This document shows, piece by piece, positions 10,455 to 20,689 of a stretch of DNA of 64,000 nucleotides. Under the pieces are notes generated by a model. The model worked only from the letters and a program-made list of their open reading frames with translations, searched no databases and had not been told where the DNA came from. The first letter of the stretch is position 1, and each line of letters opens with the position of its first letter. Origin of the DNA: Escherichia phage vB_EcoM_11B_SA_NWU; sequence record OR062527; one strand, written 5' to 3'. The translations under genes and the position numbers were made by a program.

Positions 10455-11873
10455 TTATGGATAGGTATAGATGATACCAGTTTCTAAAGCAGTTTTATGA
10501 ATGATGTATCCATTACGTGATTCTTGAACATCAACTTCTGGATAGTCTTTCATCATCTTCTGAAGAGTGTAACGATGCAAGTAGTACTTACTATCTGGAT
10601 CGTCAGTTTTCCAATCTTTACCTTCTTCAGTCATTTTTTGGATTTCATCCATAACCCACCAACCGCACCAGATGTAAGCTGAAGTACGGTGTGGAAGAGG
10701 ATGAACATAAGGCAATTCACCTTCTGGTTCCGGAGCAACTTTATCAGTCACTTGAACTTGACCTGTTGTTTTAACTGTTTTGCTATCATAATCAGTTGCT
10801 GCAACGACAGCAGTAACTTCAATAGTTTGACTTCCAACAGATGAGGTATCGACAGTATATACGTTAGTTGACCCTTCTACAGGAGAAGAATCTTTCTTCC
10901 ACGAGTAAGTAATTTGTGCTTCTTCTGGAGCATCCGTAACATTAGCCGTAAATGTAGCCGAAGCATCTTGCTGAACGTTAATAGAAGGAGGAGTCAATGT
11001 AACCTGTGGATTCATTGTCTTCTTATTAACCGTTAATGATACTTCATTCGAAGTAACTTCCTTTTCATTGTAATTTTCAGCAGTTACTTGGGCTACGCAT
11101 TTAATTCTTTTTACTCCACTTGTAGTTGGAGTATAGCTAAATGTAGAGTTAGTTTCTCCACCAACTTGTGAATCATCTACATACCACTGATACGTAGCAG
11201 ATGCTCCATCAGGTTGAGAAGCTAAGGCAGCAGTAAATTGAACTGGGGTTCCAATTACTCCAGCTGAAGGACTATCGGGAGTTACTGCCAAAGTAGTTGT
11301 CTGTGTCTTTTTATTAACAGTCAGTGACACTTCATTAGAAGTAACTTCTTTTGCATCATAATCTGTCGCGGTTACTTGAGCTACACACTTAATTGTTTTA
11401 ACTCCACTTGTGTCAGGAGTGTAATTGAATGTAGCGCTAGTCGCTTCGCTCACAGGAGAACTGTCAACGTACCATTGATACGTAGCAGATGCGCCTGATG
11501 GCTGCGAAGCCAAAGCAGCGGTAAATTTAACAGCTGTTCCAATCACTCCAGCCGCAGGACTAGCAGGAGTTACGGCTAAGGTAGTCGTCTGTGTCTTATT
11601 TTTAACTGTGATAGTTGTTGTCGCTTCAGCCGTTTCCGGGCCTCCTTCAGAAAGTGTATTTGTTGCAACTACTTTAATAGTCTTTTGACCAGCAGGACCT
11701 TTTAATACATAATCAAAAGTTGCTTCAGACCCATCTTGTGGAGCATTATCTACACTCCAAGCATAAGTAATAGTTCCACCTCCAGTTTCACCACTGGGTG
11801 CAGCAGTAAACTGCTTGGTTTCATCAATAACTCCTGACGGTGTTTTAGGAGTTATATCAACTGTAAAAGCCAT
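10455..11873 (-). CDS. hoc: Hoc, highly immunogenic outer capsid protein, with four Ig-like repeats
   Basis: 472 aa; repeated ~95-aa Ig-like units then capsid-binding C-terminus; T4 Hoc is 376 aa. Confidence 0.85.
   Translation of the reverse strand: MAFTVDITPKTPSGVIDETKQFTAAPSGETGGGTITYAWSVDNAPQDGSEATFDYVLKGPAGQKTIKVVATNTLSEGGPETAEATTTITVKNKTQTTTLAVTPASPAAGVIGTAVKFTAALASQPSGASATYQWYVDSSPVSEATSATFNYTPDTSGVKTIKCVAQVTATDYDAKEVTSNEVSLTVNKKTQTTTLAVTPDSPSAGVIGTPVQFTAALASQPDGASATYQWYVDDSQVGGETNSTFSYTPTTSGVKRIKCVAQVTAENYNEKEVTSNEVSLTVNKKTMNPQVTLTPPSINVQQDASATFTANVTDAPEEAQITYSWKKDSSPVEGSTNVYTVDTSSVGSQTIEVTAVVAATDYDSKTVKTTGQVQVTDKVAPEPEGELPYVHPLPHRTSAYIWCGWWVMDEIQKMTEEGKDWKTDDPDSKYYLHRYTLQKMMKDYPEVDVQESRNGYIIHKTALETGIIYTYP
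11013..11588. repeat. Tandem direct duplication (2 x 288 bp) encoding Ig-like domains 2 and 3 of Hoc
   Basis: Two consecutive 96-aa units (TTTLAVTP...SLTVNKKT) nearly identical at protein level. Confidence 0.7.
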
Positions 11874-11882
11874 AAGTTATCC

Positions 11883-12563
11883 TTATTTTAATGTTACGAA
11901 AGAAGAATTGCGTGTTTCACGAATTAGAACTGATCCGTCGCGATTAATGTAATAAATTAAGCTAAACAGAGTTTGGTGTGCTGACGCGTGTTCAAAACTA
12001 GTTGGATGAGATTTCCAATCAGGAGTTTCAGCGATCCATTGATAAATCCACCAAGGAACCGTACAGAATCCTGGATTTTTCCCCAATAATTGAAGATTCG
12101 GGCTAAAGTTTTCCGGAAGAGTAAATACAGACGGCTTTTCAGATTCAATAATCTCAGCTACAGCTTGTTCAAACTTTTCTTCAACAAAAGGAGTGTCTTC
12201 AATCAAAACATCAGTATTTTCAGGAATTTTATCCGTTTCTACCACTTCAATTTTAATATCAGATTTAACTGGAGAATCAATCAGAAGTGCTGCTTCTGGA
12301 TTAACTTCTTCATCGTCATATTTTAATCCCTCTGCAGCATCAGCAGCATCAATTAAGTCTTTAATAGATAACCCATCAGTCTCTGGCATAGGTTCACTAG
12401 CGAGCTTCTGGAGGGCTTCTTCAATATCAACAACAATATTATCAAAAGATTTATTCTTTTTGACCTTTATACCAAACTGTTCAGCATATTCAGCTAATTT
12501 AGCTTTAGCTTCTTTATTATCATCAAGAGCCTTCAGCTCTGCAATATAATCTTTATCTATCAT
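11883..12563 (-). CDS. inh: Inh, inhibitor of prohead protease
   Basis: 226-aa ORF between hoc and uvsW as in T4; SD gagg 8 nt upstream. Confidence 0.7.
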   Translation of the reverse strand: MIDKDYIAELKALDDNKEAKAKLAEYAEQFGIKVKKNKSFDNIVVDIEEALQKLASEPMPETDGLSIKDLIDAADAAEGLKYDDEEVNPEAALLIDSPVKSDIKIEVVETDKIPENTDVLIEDTPFVEEKFEQAVAEIIESEKPSVFTLPENFSPNLQLLGKNPGFCTVPWWIYQWIAETPDWKSHPTSFEHASAHQTLFSLIYYINRDGSVLIRETRNSSFVTLK

Positions 12564-12576
12564 AATATTTCCTCAG

Positions 12577-12584
12577 TATAAATA
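12577..12584 (+). promoter_or_regulatory. Late promoter core TATAAATA for uvsW
   Basis: Exact TATAAATA 30 nt upstream of ATG 12614. Confidence 0.55.
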
Positions 12585-12613
12585 TAGATATATTTATTAC
12601 ATGGTATTTAGAC

Positions 12614-14125
12614 ATGACTGACATTAAAGTACATTTTTATGATTTTAGTCACGTGAGAATTGATTGTGAAGAAAGTACATTTCATGAACTCCGTGATTTC
12701 TTTAGCTTTGAAGCTGATGGGTATCGTTTTAATCCGAAATACAAATATGGCCACTGGGATGGACGAATCCGTCTTTTAGATTATAATCGCCTTCTTCCAT
12801 TCGGCTTAGTCGGGCAAATTAAAAAGTTCTGTGATAACTTTGGCTATAAAGCCTGGATTGACCCACAAATTAACGAAAAAGAAGAATTATCAAGAAAAGA
12901 TTTTGATGAATGGCTTTCTAAATTAGAAATCTATTCAGGAAATAAAAGAATTGAACCACACTGGTATCAAAAAGATGCAGTGTTCGAAGGATTAGTTAAT
13001 CGTCGTAGAATTCTTAATCTTCCAACTTCGGCTGGTAAATCTTTAATTCAAGCTTTGCTTGCACGTTATTATTTGGAAAATTATGAAGGTAAAATTCTTA
13101 TCATTGTTCCAACAACTGCTCTGACAACTCAGATGGCTGATGACTTTGTTGACTATCGTTTATTCAGTCATGCAATGATAAAGAAAATTGGTGGCGGAGC
13201 ATCAAAAGATGATAAATATAAAAATGATGCACCAGTCGTTGTTGGTACATGGCAAACTGTAGTAAAACAACCAAAAGAATGGTTCTCACAGTTTGGAATG
13301 ATGATGAATGATGAATGCCATCTTGCTACAGGAAAAAGTATTTCATCTATCATATCAGGTTTAAATAACTGTATGTTCAAATTTGGTCTATCTGGTTCAT
13401 TACGTGACGGCAAAGCCAATATCATGCAGTATGTTGGAATGTTTGGCGAAATATTTAAGCCAGTAACGACTTCTAAGTTAATGGAAGATGGACAAGTAAC
13501 TGAGCTAAAAATTAATAGTATTTTTCTTCGTTATCCTGATGAGTTCACTACTAAATTAAAGGGAAAAACTTACCAAGAAGAAATAAAAATTATTACGGGG
13601 CTTAGTAAAAGAAATAAATGGATCGCTAAATTAGCTATTAAGCTTGCGCAAAAAGATGAAAACGCTTTTGTCATGTTTAAACATGTATCGCACGGTAAAG
13701 CTATTTTCGATTTAATTAAAAATGAATACGATAAAGTTTATTACGTATCAGGGGAAGTTGATACCGAAACACGCAATATAATGAAAACCTTAGCTGAAAA
13801 TGGTAAAGGAATAATTATAGTAGCTAGTTATGGTGTATTTTCTACTGGTATTTCAGTTAAAAATCTGCATCACGTTGTTTTAGCGCACGGTGTTAAATCA
13901 AAAATCATTGTATTACAAACAATCGGTCGTGTATTACGTAAGCATGGTTCTAAGACAATAGCAACAGTCTGGGACCTCATAGATGATTGCGGTGTTAAGC
14001 CAAAATCTGCTAATACGAAAAAGAAATATGTTCATTTGAACTATCTTTTAAAACACGGCATTGATCGTATTCAGCGCTACGCGGATGAAAAATTTAATTA
14101 CGTAATGAAAACAGTTAATTTATAA
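12614..14125 (+). CDS. uvsW: UvsW SF2 DNA/RNA helicase
   Basis: 503 aa; Walker A TSAGKS and DECH box present. Confidence 0.9.
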   Translation: MTDIKVHFYDFSHVRIDCEESTFHELRDFFSFEADGYRFNPKYKYGHWDGRIRLLDYNRLLPFGLVGQIKKFCDNFGYKAWIDPQINEKEELSRKDFDEWLSKLEIYSGNKRIEPHWYQKDAVFEGLVNRRRILNLPTSAGKSLIQALLARYYLENYEGKILIIVPTTALTTQMADDFVDYRLFSHAMIKKIGGGASKDDKYKNDAPVVVGTWQTVVKQPKEWFSQFGMMMNDECHLATGKSISSIISGLNNCMFKFGLSGSLRDGKANIMQYVGMFGEIFKPVTTSKLMEDGQVTELKINSIFLRYPDEFTTKLKGKTYQEEIKIITGLSKRNKWIAKLAIKLAQKDENAFVMFKHVSHGKAIFDLIKNEYDKVYYVSGEVDTETRNIMKTLAENGKGIIIVASYGVFSTGISVKNLHHVVLAHGVKSKIIVLQTIGRVLRKHGSKTIATVWDLIDDCGVKPKSANTKKKYVHLNYLLKHGIDRIQRYADEKFNYVMKTVNL

Positions 14126-14150
14126 GGGCTTCGGCCCTTTGGAGAAAAAG

Positions 14151-14381
14151 ATGTTACTAGAATTTAAACAATTTCTTTATGAAGCTTCTATTGATGAATT
14201 TATGGGTAAAATTGCCTCTTGTCAAACATTAGAAGGTTTAGAAGAACTTGAAGCTTATTATAAGAAAAGAGTTAAAGAAACTGAATTAAAAGATACTGAT
14301 GACATCTCAGTCAGAGATGCTTTGGCAGGAAAAAGAGCTGAATTAGAAGATTCAGACGATGAAGTAGAAGAAAGCTTTTAA
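14151..14381 (+). CDS. uvsW.1: UvsW.1 small acidic protein
   Basis: 76 aa from ATG 14151 (SD ggag at 14141); ORF-track start 14139 is TTG. Confidence 0.75.
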   Translation: MLLEFKQFLYEASIDEFMGKIASCQTLEGLEELEAYYKKRVKETELKDTDDISVRDALAGKRAELEDSDDEVEESF

Positions 14382-14436
14382 ATTAAAAAAGGCCCAACCA
14401 AAAAGGAAGGGCCAAAACTATAGACTAAAGGTCACA

Positions 14437-14667
14437 CTATAGCAAAAGTTGTGTTTCATTTAATTGTTCTTCCGAACTTTCTGAAACTGGTAGTTCTTTA
14501 ATGTAATTATAACAAGGCCCAGGATGTACAGGACCTTTGTCTGTTTCAACAACCAATGCAGAATCGATTGGAGTTTTACAGACAACACAAATCTTATCTG
14601 ACATGATTGTCTCCTTTTGAATATAGTAATATTTATAAACCCATTTTAATCCGCATTTCTTGTACAC
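14437..14667 (-). CDS. Hypothetical Cys-containing protein, positional equivalent of uvsY.-2
   Basis: 76 aa, CVVC ... GPC motif suggests a Zn-binding knuckle. Confidence 0.6.
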   Translation of the reverse strand: MYKKCGLKWVYKYYYIQKETIMSDKICVVCKTPIDSALVVETDKGPVHPGPCYNYIKELPVSESSEEQLNETQLLL

Positions 14668-14727
14668 GGATTAAGCAAGCTTCCATCTCTGCTAATAGTC
14701 GAAATACTTCTTTATAATCTGTCATAT

Positions 14728-14955
14728 TTACCCCATATCTCTCATATGCATATCAATGCCCATATCTTTAGAATAAAAATATTCATCAAGATATCCGGCA
14801 AATTTTCCTTTAATATAAAGGACATCTTCACCACATGGGTGGTCGGCCAGGATACGAATATCCTGACGCTTAAGATTATGCTTTTTCATTAAGAATTGAA
14901 TTTCCGTTTCAAATTCTTCTTCATAATTAAAAGCATCATCAATGCTATATCTCAT
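14728..14955 (-). CDS. Hypothetical protein, positional equivalent of uvsY.-1
   Basis: 75-aa ORF abutting uvsY stop. Confidence 0.55.
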   Translation of the reverse strand: MRYSIDDAFNYEEEFETEIQFLMKKHNLKRQDIRILADHPCGEDVLYIKGKFAGYLDEYFYSKDMGIDMHMRDMG

Positions 14956-15368
14956 TATTTTCCAGCCTCAAATGCTCGCATGTCTTGAATATGCTTAATA
15001 GCAAATCCACGTGATTTAATAGCATCAAGAGCTCCGCTACAGAAATCTAATAAAATCCCCCAATACTGTAACGAGGTATCAACCTTTAAAACATCCTTAT
15101 CAGCTGATAGAACTGTTTTCATTTCTGATTTCTCGTAACGATCCATACTAAATTCATCACCATCTCCTCGTCCCGAGTAGTAATCTAATTTAGCTTTAAG
15201 AGCAACTTTTTTCTGTGCTTCAATTCTAAGCATTTCCTTTTTAATACTTGAATGCTTATTAAGCCATTTACTATATAACATCACATTGTTAGCTGCTTCA
15301 TACTGTAATTTAGTCGAATCTATAAACACATCTTTCTTCAATTCTTCTTGAAGATCTTCTAATCTCAT
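14955..15368 (-). CDS. uvsY: UvsY recombination mediator
   Basis: 137 aa; sequence recognised as T4 UvsY. Confidence 0.9.
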   Translation of the reverse strand: MRLEDLQEELKKDVFIDSTKLQYEAANNVMLYSKWLNKHSSIKKEMLRIEAQKKVALKAKLDYYSGRGDGDEFSMDRYEKSEMKTVLSADKDVLKVDTSLQYWGILLDFCSGALDAIKSRGFAIKHIQDMRAFEAGK

Positions 15369-15401
15369 ATTGTTCTCTATTCAATTGTTATTGGATGGAC
15401 T

Positions 15402-15434
15402 TAGATTCATTATACCACGTTTATACGTGAAGCA
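15402..15434 (-). promoter_or_regulatory. Middle-mode promoter for uvsY: MotA box aTGCTTCA, 13-nt spacer, -10 TATAAT
   Basis: Minus strand reads ...taATGCTTCAcgtataaacgtggTATAATgaatc...; MotA box at 15428-15434, -10 at 15409-15414. Confidence 0.6.
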
Positions 15435-15833
15435 TTATACTCTATTACTGGAAGCTAGTTGTAGTTTTATCTGCTCAATATCATCAGGGTTATCAATGAC
15501 CGAAAAGCGTATTTCTACTATCAGAGTATAATCATCATAAACTGGTATAACATTAACTGCTAATTTATCAATACGCGGCTCATAGTTTCTTACTGCGCTT
15601 TCGATATTACGCTCAACCGTGTCAGCAGTAAGAGGAGTCATATTCTCAAAAAGTTGGTCAGATAAATCACATCCAAATTCAGGGTCAAACGGTCTTGAAC
15701 CTTTTCTTGTTGTAATAATTCCTAAAAGACTATTTTTAATTGACCTTAATCCAAGTGATCTTGAAACGTCTTTGTTCCAATCCATTTTCATCTCTGGGTC
15801 AATATCAGAATAAAGCTTATTAATATTTGCCAT
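15435..15833 (-). CDS. 25: Baseplate wedge protein gp25
   Basis: 132 aa as T4 gp25; follows gene 26. Confidence 0.9.
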   Translation of the reverse strand: MANINKLYSDIDPEMKMDWNKDVSRSLGLRSIKNSLLGIITTRKGSRPFDPEFGCDLSDQLFENMTPLTADTVERNIESAVRNYEPRIDKLAVNVIPVYDDYTLIVEIRFSVIDNPDDIEQIKLQLASSNRV

Positions 15834-16459
15834 TACAATAGCTCAAAGAATTCTTTGAGTCCTCTTATTACATGAGCGTGAGTTTTTCCACACTCTGGAC
15901 ATTTAATTGGAACAGCCAAATACACAGTAGGCTTTAAAAGCATATCTTTTATAGCTACAATATCTGACTCTGTGATGATAGAATATAAATCTTCCAATTC
16001 TTTTTCATTTAAGTCTTCAACTGGAATGCTTTCCCCGTTAGCATGAATCGTTTCTATACATGATACTATCATATGGGCTATATTTTTATCATCAAAAATT
16101 TTAGGGTAATGGAATTTAATTTTAATGTCACCCAGTGTATACCAGAGGTCTTCTGGTGCATCTATTTGTGTATGTAATAGATTTATATGGGTTGGTATTT
16201 CAGTTCCACAGGTGCACTTCCAGGAGTTTTCGTGATTAACTTCTCCAAGAGAATGCGCCCATAAATGAATCAGTAATAGTTCTGATTCTTGGCGGTTTAA
16301 ATCTTTTGCATTTGTACAGTCTTTGATTAGCTTTTTAACAATTACTTCTACGGAACCATTATTTTTGGCAGTAATAAGTTCTAGATATTCTTTAAGAGTA
16401 AATGCGCGACAGTTGATTATTTTAGAACCAACTCTCACATCAAATTTGTATTCATACAT
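15833..16459 (-). CDS. 26: Baseplate hub protein gp26
   Basis: 208 aa as T4 gp26; divergent from gene 51. Confidence 0.85.
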   Translation of the reverse strand: MYEYKFDVRVGSKIINCRAFTLKEYLELITAKNNGSVEVIVKKLIKDCTNAKDLNRQESELLLIHLWAHSLGEVNHENSWKCTCGTEIPTHINLLHTQIDAPEDLWYTLGDIKIKFHYPKIFDDKNIAHMIVSCIETIHANGESIPVEDLNEKELEDLYSIITESDIVAIKDMLLKPTVYLAVPIKCPECGKTHAHVIRGLKEFFELL

Positions 16460-16480
16460 ATTTAGCTCCTTTATTTATCA

Positions 16481-16492
16481 TATTTATAAATA
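16481..16492. promoter_or_regulatory. Back-to-back late promoters sharing palindrome TATTTATAAATA (gene 26 on minus, gene 51 on plus)
   Basis: Plus TATAAATA at 16485-16492; its reverse complement at 16481-16488. Confidence 0.6.
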
Positions 16493-16509
16493 GAATAAAA
16501 GGAGCATCT

Positions 16510-17262
16510 ATGGCAAACATTATTCGTTGTAAATTACCAGATGGTGTTCATCGTTTTAAACCATTTACGGTAGAAGATTATCGAGATTTTTTGTTAGTTC
16601 GAAACGATATAGAACATCGGTCACCACAAGAACAAAAAGAAGTAATTGCTGATTTAATTGCTGATTATTTTGGAGACTATCCAAAGACTTGGCAACCATT
16701 TATATTTTTGCAGGTATTTGTAGGTTCAATAGGTAAAACTAAAGTACCAGTCACATTTGTATGTCCAAAATGTAAAAAAGAAAAGACAGTTCCATTTGAA
16801 ATATATCAAAAAGAATTAAAGGAACCTATTTTTGATGTAGCTAATGTTAAAATTAAATTAAATTTTCCTTCTGAGTTTTATGAAAATAAAGCAAAGATGA
16901 TTACTGAAAATATTCATTCTGTTCAAGTAGATGAAATGTGGTATGATTGGAAGGAAATTAGTGAATCAAGTCAAATAGAACTTGTTGACGCCATCGAGAT
17001 AGAAACATTAGAAAAAATTCTCGATGCAATGAATCCTATTAATTTAACATTGCACATGTCGTGTTGTGATAAGTACATTAAAAAATACACTGATATAGTA
17101 GATGTGTTTAAGCTATTAGTTAATCCAGATGAGATATTTACTTTTTATCAAATTAATCACACGCTTGTAAAAAGTAATTATAGCTTAAATTCAATAATGA
17201 AAATGATTCCTGCCGAGCGCGGATTCGTATTAAAACTGATTGAGAAGGATAAACATCAATGA
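16510..17262 (+). CDS. 51: Baseplate hub assembly protein gp51
   Basis: 250 aa, Cys pairs CPKC / CC; T4 order. Confidence 0.85.
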   Translation: MANIIRCKLPDGVHRFKPFTVEDYRDFLLVRNDIEHRSPQEQKEVIADLIADYFGDYPKTWQPFIFLQVFVGSIGKTKVPVTFVCPKCKKEKTVPFEIYQKELKEPIFDVANVKIKLNFPSEFYENKAKMITENIHSVQVDEMWYDWKEISESSQIELVDAIEIETLEKILDAMNPINLTLHMSCCDKYIKKYTDIVDVFKLLVNPDEIFTFYQINHTLVKSNYSLNSIMKMIPAERGFVLKLIEKDKHQ

Positions 17263-18431
17263 GTATGTTACAACGTCCTGGATATCCAAATCTCAGCGTT
17301 AAATTATTTGAGAGTTATGACGCTTGGAGTAATAATAGATTTGTTGAATTAGCTGCTACTATTACCACATTAACTATGCGTGACTCTCTTTATGGTCGAA
17401 ATGAAGGAATGCTACAATTTTATGATTCTAAAAACATTCATACAAAAATGGATGGAAATGAAATAATTCAGATTTCTGTAGCTAATGCAAACGATATTAA
17501 TAATGTTAAAACACGAATTTATGGATGCAAGCATTTTTCCGTGTCAGTAGATTCAAAAGGCGATAACATCATTGCTATTGAATTGGGAACTATTCATTCT
17601 ATAGAAAATCTTAAATTTGGTAGACCATTTTTCCCTGATGCCGGTGAATCTATAAAGGAAATGCTTGGCGTAATTTATCAAGATCGTACATTATTAACTC
17701 CAGCGATAAATGCTATTAATGCTTATGTTCCTGATATTCCATGGACTAGCACATTTGAAAACTATTTGTCATATGTAAGAGAAGTTGCTCTAGCGGTAGG
17801 AAGCGATAAGTTCGTATTTGTATGGCAAGACATCATGGGAGTTAACATGATGGACTATGATATGATGATAAATCAAGAACCGTATCCAATGATTGTAGGT
17901 GAGCCAACTTTAATAGGTCAATTCGTCCAAGAATTGAAATATCCATTAGCATATGATTTTGTTTGGTTGACTAAATCAAACCCGCATAAACGTGATCCAA
18001 TGAAAAATGCTACTATCTATGCTCATTCATTTTTAGATTCTTCATTACCAATGATTACTACAGGAAAGGGTGAAAACTCTATTGTAGTGTCAAGGTCAGG
18101 TGCTTATTCTGAAATGACTTATAGAAATGGATATGAAGAAGCTATTCGTCTTCAGACTATGGCGCAGTATGATGGTTACGCTAAATGTTCTACTGTCGGT
18201 AATTTTAACTTGACTCCTGGCGTTAAAATTATTTTTAATGATAGTAAAAACCAATTTAAAACAGAATTTTACGTTGATGAAGTTATTCACGAATTATCAA
18301 ATAATAATTCCGTAACTCATCTTTATATGTTCACTAATGCAACGAAACTGGAAACAATCGACCCAGTTAAGGTTAAAAATGAATTTAAAACTGATACTAC
18401 CACTGAAGAAAGTAGTTCTTCCGATAAGTAA
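17259..18431 (+). CDS. 27: Baseplate hub protein gp27
   Basis: 390 aa (T4 gp27 391 aa); ATGA overlap with gene 51. Confidence 0.9.
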   Translation: MSMLQRPGYPNLSVKLFESYDAWSNNRFVELAATITTLTMRDSLYGRNEGMLQFYDSKNIHTKMDGNEIIQISVANANDINNVKTRIYGCKHFSVSVDSKGDNIIAIELGTIHSIENLKFGRPFFPDAGESIKEMLGVIYQDRTLLTPAINAINAYVPDIPWTSTFENYLSYVREVALAVGSDKFVFVWQDIMGVNMMDYDMMINQEPYPMIVGEPTLIGQFVQELKYPLAYDFVWLTKSNPHKRDPMKNATIYAHSFLDSSLPMITTGKGENSIVVSRSGAYSEMTYRNGYEEAIRLQTMAQYDGYAKCSTVGNFNLTPGVKIIFNDSKNQFKTEFYVDEVIHELSNNNSVTHLYMFTNATKLETIDPVKVKNEFKTDTTTEESSSSDK

Positions 18432-18912
18432 TAAAGAAGTTTCTATTCCTAAGATGGGTCTTAAACATTATAACATTTTAAAAGATGTTAAAGGTCCTGA
18501 TGAAAATTTAAAGCTTCTTATTGATTCTATTTGTCCAAATTTATCACCGCCAGAAGTTGATTTCGTTTCTATTCATTTGCTAGAATTTAATGGAAAGATT
18601 AAATCTCGTAAAGAAATAGATGGTTATACTTATGACATTAATGATGTTTATGTATGCCAAAGATTGGAATTTCAATACCAAGGAAATACATTTTATTTTA
18701 GACCTCCTGGAAAATTTGAACAATTTTTAACTGTAAGCGATATGTTATCCAAATGCTTGCTTAAGGTCAATGATGAAGTTAAAGAAATTAATTTTCTTGA
18801 GATGCCAGCATTTGTTTTAAAATGGGCAAATGATATTTCTACAACTTTAGCAATTCCTGGCCCTAATGGTCCAATAACCGGAATTGGCAATATTATTGGA
18901 TTATTTGAATGA
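18379..18912 (+). CDS. 28: Baseplate hub protein gp28
   Basis: 177 aa from internal ATG 18379 (T4 gp28 length); overlaps gene 27 3' end. Confidence 0.75.
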   Translation: MNLKLILPLKKVVLPISNKEVSIPKMGLKHYNILKDVKGPDENLKLLIDSICPNLSPPEVDFVSIHLLEFNGKIKSRKEIDGYTYDINDVYVCQRLEFQYQGNTFYFRPPGKFEQFLTVSDMLSKCLLKVNDEVKEINFLEMPAFVLKWANDISTTLAIPGPNGPITGIGNIIGLFE

Positions 18913-20681
18913 AAAAGCCACAAGAAATGCAAACGATGCGTAGAAAAATTATTTCAGATAATAAACCAACACAGGAAGCGGCTAAATCCGCTTCTAACAC
19001 TTTATCTGGACTTAATGACATATCTACGAAATTGGATGATGCTCAAGCTGCCTCTGAATTAATAGCTCAAACTGTCGAAGAAAAATCGAATGAAATAGTT
19101 GGAGCAATTGATAACGTTGAAAGCGCAGTAAGTGATACTACTGCCGGTTCTGAGTTAATTGCTGAAACTGTTGAAATTGGCAACAATATTAATAAAGAAA
19201 TCGGTGAATCGCTCGGAAGCAAATTAGATAAATTAACAAGTTTACTGGAACAAAAAATTCAGACAGCTGGAATTCAGCAAACTGGAACGAGTTTAGCAGT
19301 AGTCGAAAATGCTATTCCTGTTAAAGTCGTCGAGGATGATACAGCTGAATCTGTGGGTCCTTTATTACCGGCTCCTGAAGCAGTTAATAATGATCCTGAT
19401 GCTGATTTTTTCCCTACTCCTCAGCCAATTGAACCAAAACAAGAGTCTCCAGAAGAGAAGCAAAAAAGAGACGCATTTAACTTAAAAATATCTAATGCAT
19501 TAGATAAATTAACAAAGACAGTTGATTTCGGATTTAAGAAATCTATTTCAATTACTGATAAAATATCTAGCATGCTATTTAAGTATACCGTCAGTGCTGC
19601 TATTGAAGCTGCTAAAATGGTTGCATTGATAATGGCTGTTGTTATTGGAATAGACCTGCTGATGGTTCATTTTAAATACTGGTCAGATAAATTTTCAAAA
19701 GCCTGGGATTTATTTGGTACTAATTTTACTAAATTCTCTAACGAAACTGGAACATGGGGTCCTTTATTACAGAGCATCTTTGATTCTATTGATAAAATTA
19801 AACAACTTTGGGAAGCTGGAGATTGGGGCGGATTAACAGCAGCTATTGTTGAAGGGCTTGGAAGTGTTCTTTATAATTTAGGAGAGCTTATTCAATTAGG
19901 TATGGCTAAATTATCTGCTGCAATTCTTCGAGTCATTCCTGGCATGAAGGATACTGCTGATGAAGTAGAAGGAAGAGCATTAGAAAATTTCCAAAATTCT
20001 ACTGGAGCGTCTCTTAATAAAGAAGACCAAGAAAAAGTAGCAAATTATCAAGATAAACGAATGAATGACGATCTTGGCCCAATAGCAAAAGGATTAGACA
20101 AAATTGCGAACTGGAAAACTCGTGCATCTAACTGGATTCGTGGTGTAGATAATAAAGAAGCATTGACTACTGACGAAGAACGTGCAGCAGAAGAAGAAAA
20201 ATTAAAGCAACTTTCACCGGAAGAAAGAAAAAATGCTTTAATGAAAGCTAATGAAGCTCGTGCTGCGATGATTCGTTTTGAAAAATACGCTGATTCAGCT
20301 GATATGAGCAAAGACTCGACAGTTAAATCAATTGAAGCTGCTCATGAAGACCTTAAAAAACGAATGAATGATCCGGATTTAAATAACTCACCAGCGGTTA
20401 AAAAAGAACTTGCTTCTAGATTTGCTAAAATTAATGCCACTTATCAAGAGCTCAAGAAAAATCAACCTGAAGCAAAACCTGAAACTTCTGCTAAATCACC
20501 AGAAGCAAAACAGGTCCAGGTGATTGAAAAGAACAAAGCACAACAAGCTCCTGTTCAACAAGCATCTCCTTCAATCAATAATACTAATAATGTTATTAAG
20601 AAAAATACTGTCGTTCATAACATGACACCTGTCACAAGCACAACTGCTCCTGGTGTATTTGGCGCGACGGGAGTTAATTAA
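18909..20681 (+). CDS. 29: Baseplate hub / tail length determinant gp29
   Basis: 590 aa as T4 gp29; ATGA overlap with gene 28. Confidence 0.9.
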   Translation: MKKPQEMQTMRRKIISDNKPTQEAAKSASNTLSGLNDISTKLDDAQAASELIAQTVEEKSNEIVGAIDNVESAVSDTTAGSELIAETVEIGNNINKEIGESLGSKLDKLTSLLEQKIQTAGIQQTGTSLAVVENAIPVKVVEDDTAESVGPLLPAPEAVNNDPDADFFPTPQPIEPKQESPEEKQKRDAFNLKISNALDKLTKTVDFGFKKSISITDKISSMLFKYTVSAAIEAAKMVALIMAVVIGIDLLMVHFKYWSDKFSKAWDLFGTNFTKFSNETGTWGPLLQSIFDSIDKIKQLWEAGDWGGLTAAIVEGLGSVLYNLGELIQLGMAKLSAAILRVIPGMKDTADEVEGRALENFQNSTGASLNKEDQEKVANYQDKRMNDDLGPIAKGLDKIANWKTRASNWIRGVDNKEALTTDEERAAEEEKLKQLSPEERKNALMKANEARAAMIRFEKYADSADMSKDSTVKSIEAAHEDLKKRMNDPDLNNSPAVKKELASRFAKINATYQELKKNQPEAKPETSAKSPEAKQVQVIEKNKAQQAPVQQASPSINNTNNVIKKNTVVHNMTPVTSTTAPGVFGATGVN

Positions 20682-20689
20682 GGAATAAT

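Noticed and set aside
14391-14413. Terminator between convergent uvsW.1 and uvsY.-2
   Set aside because: Only a 5-bp stem (ggccc/gggcc) with a 13-nt loop; too weak to call confidently
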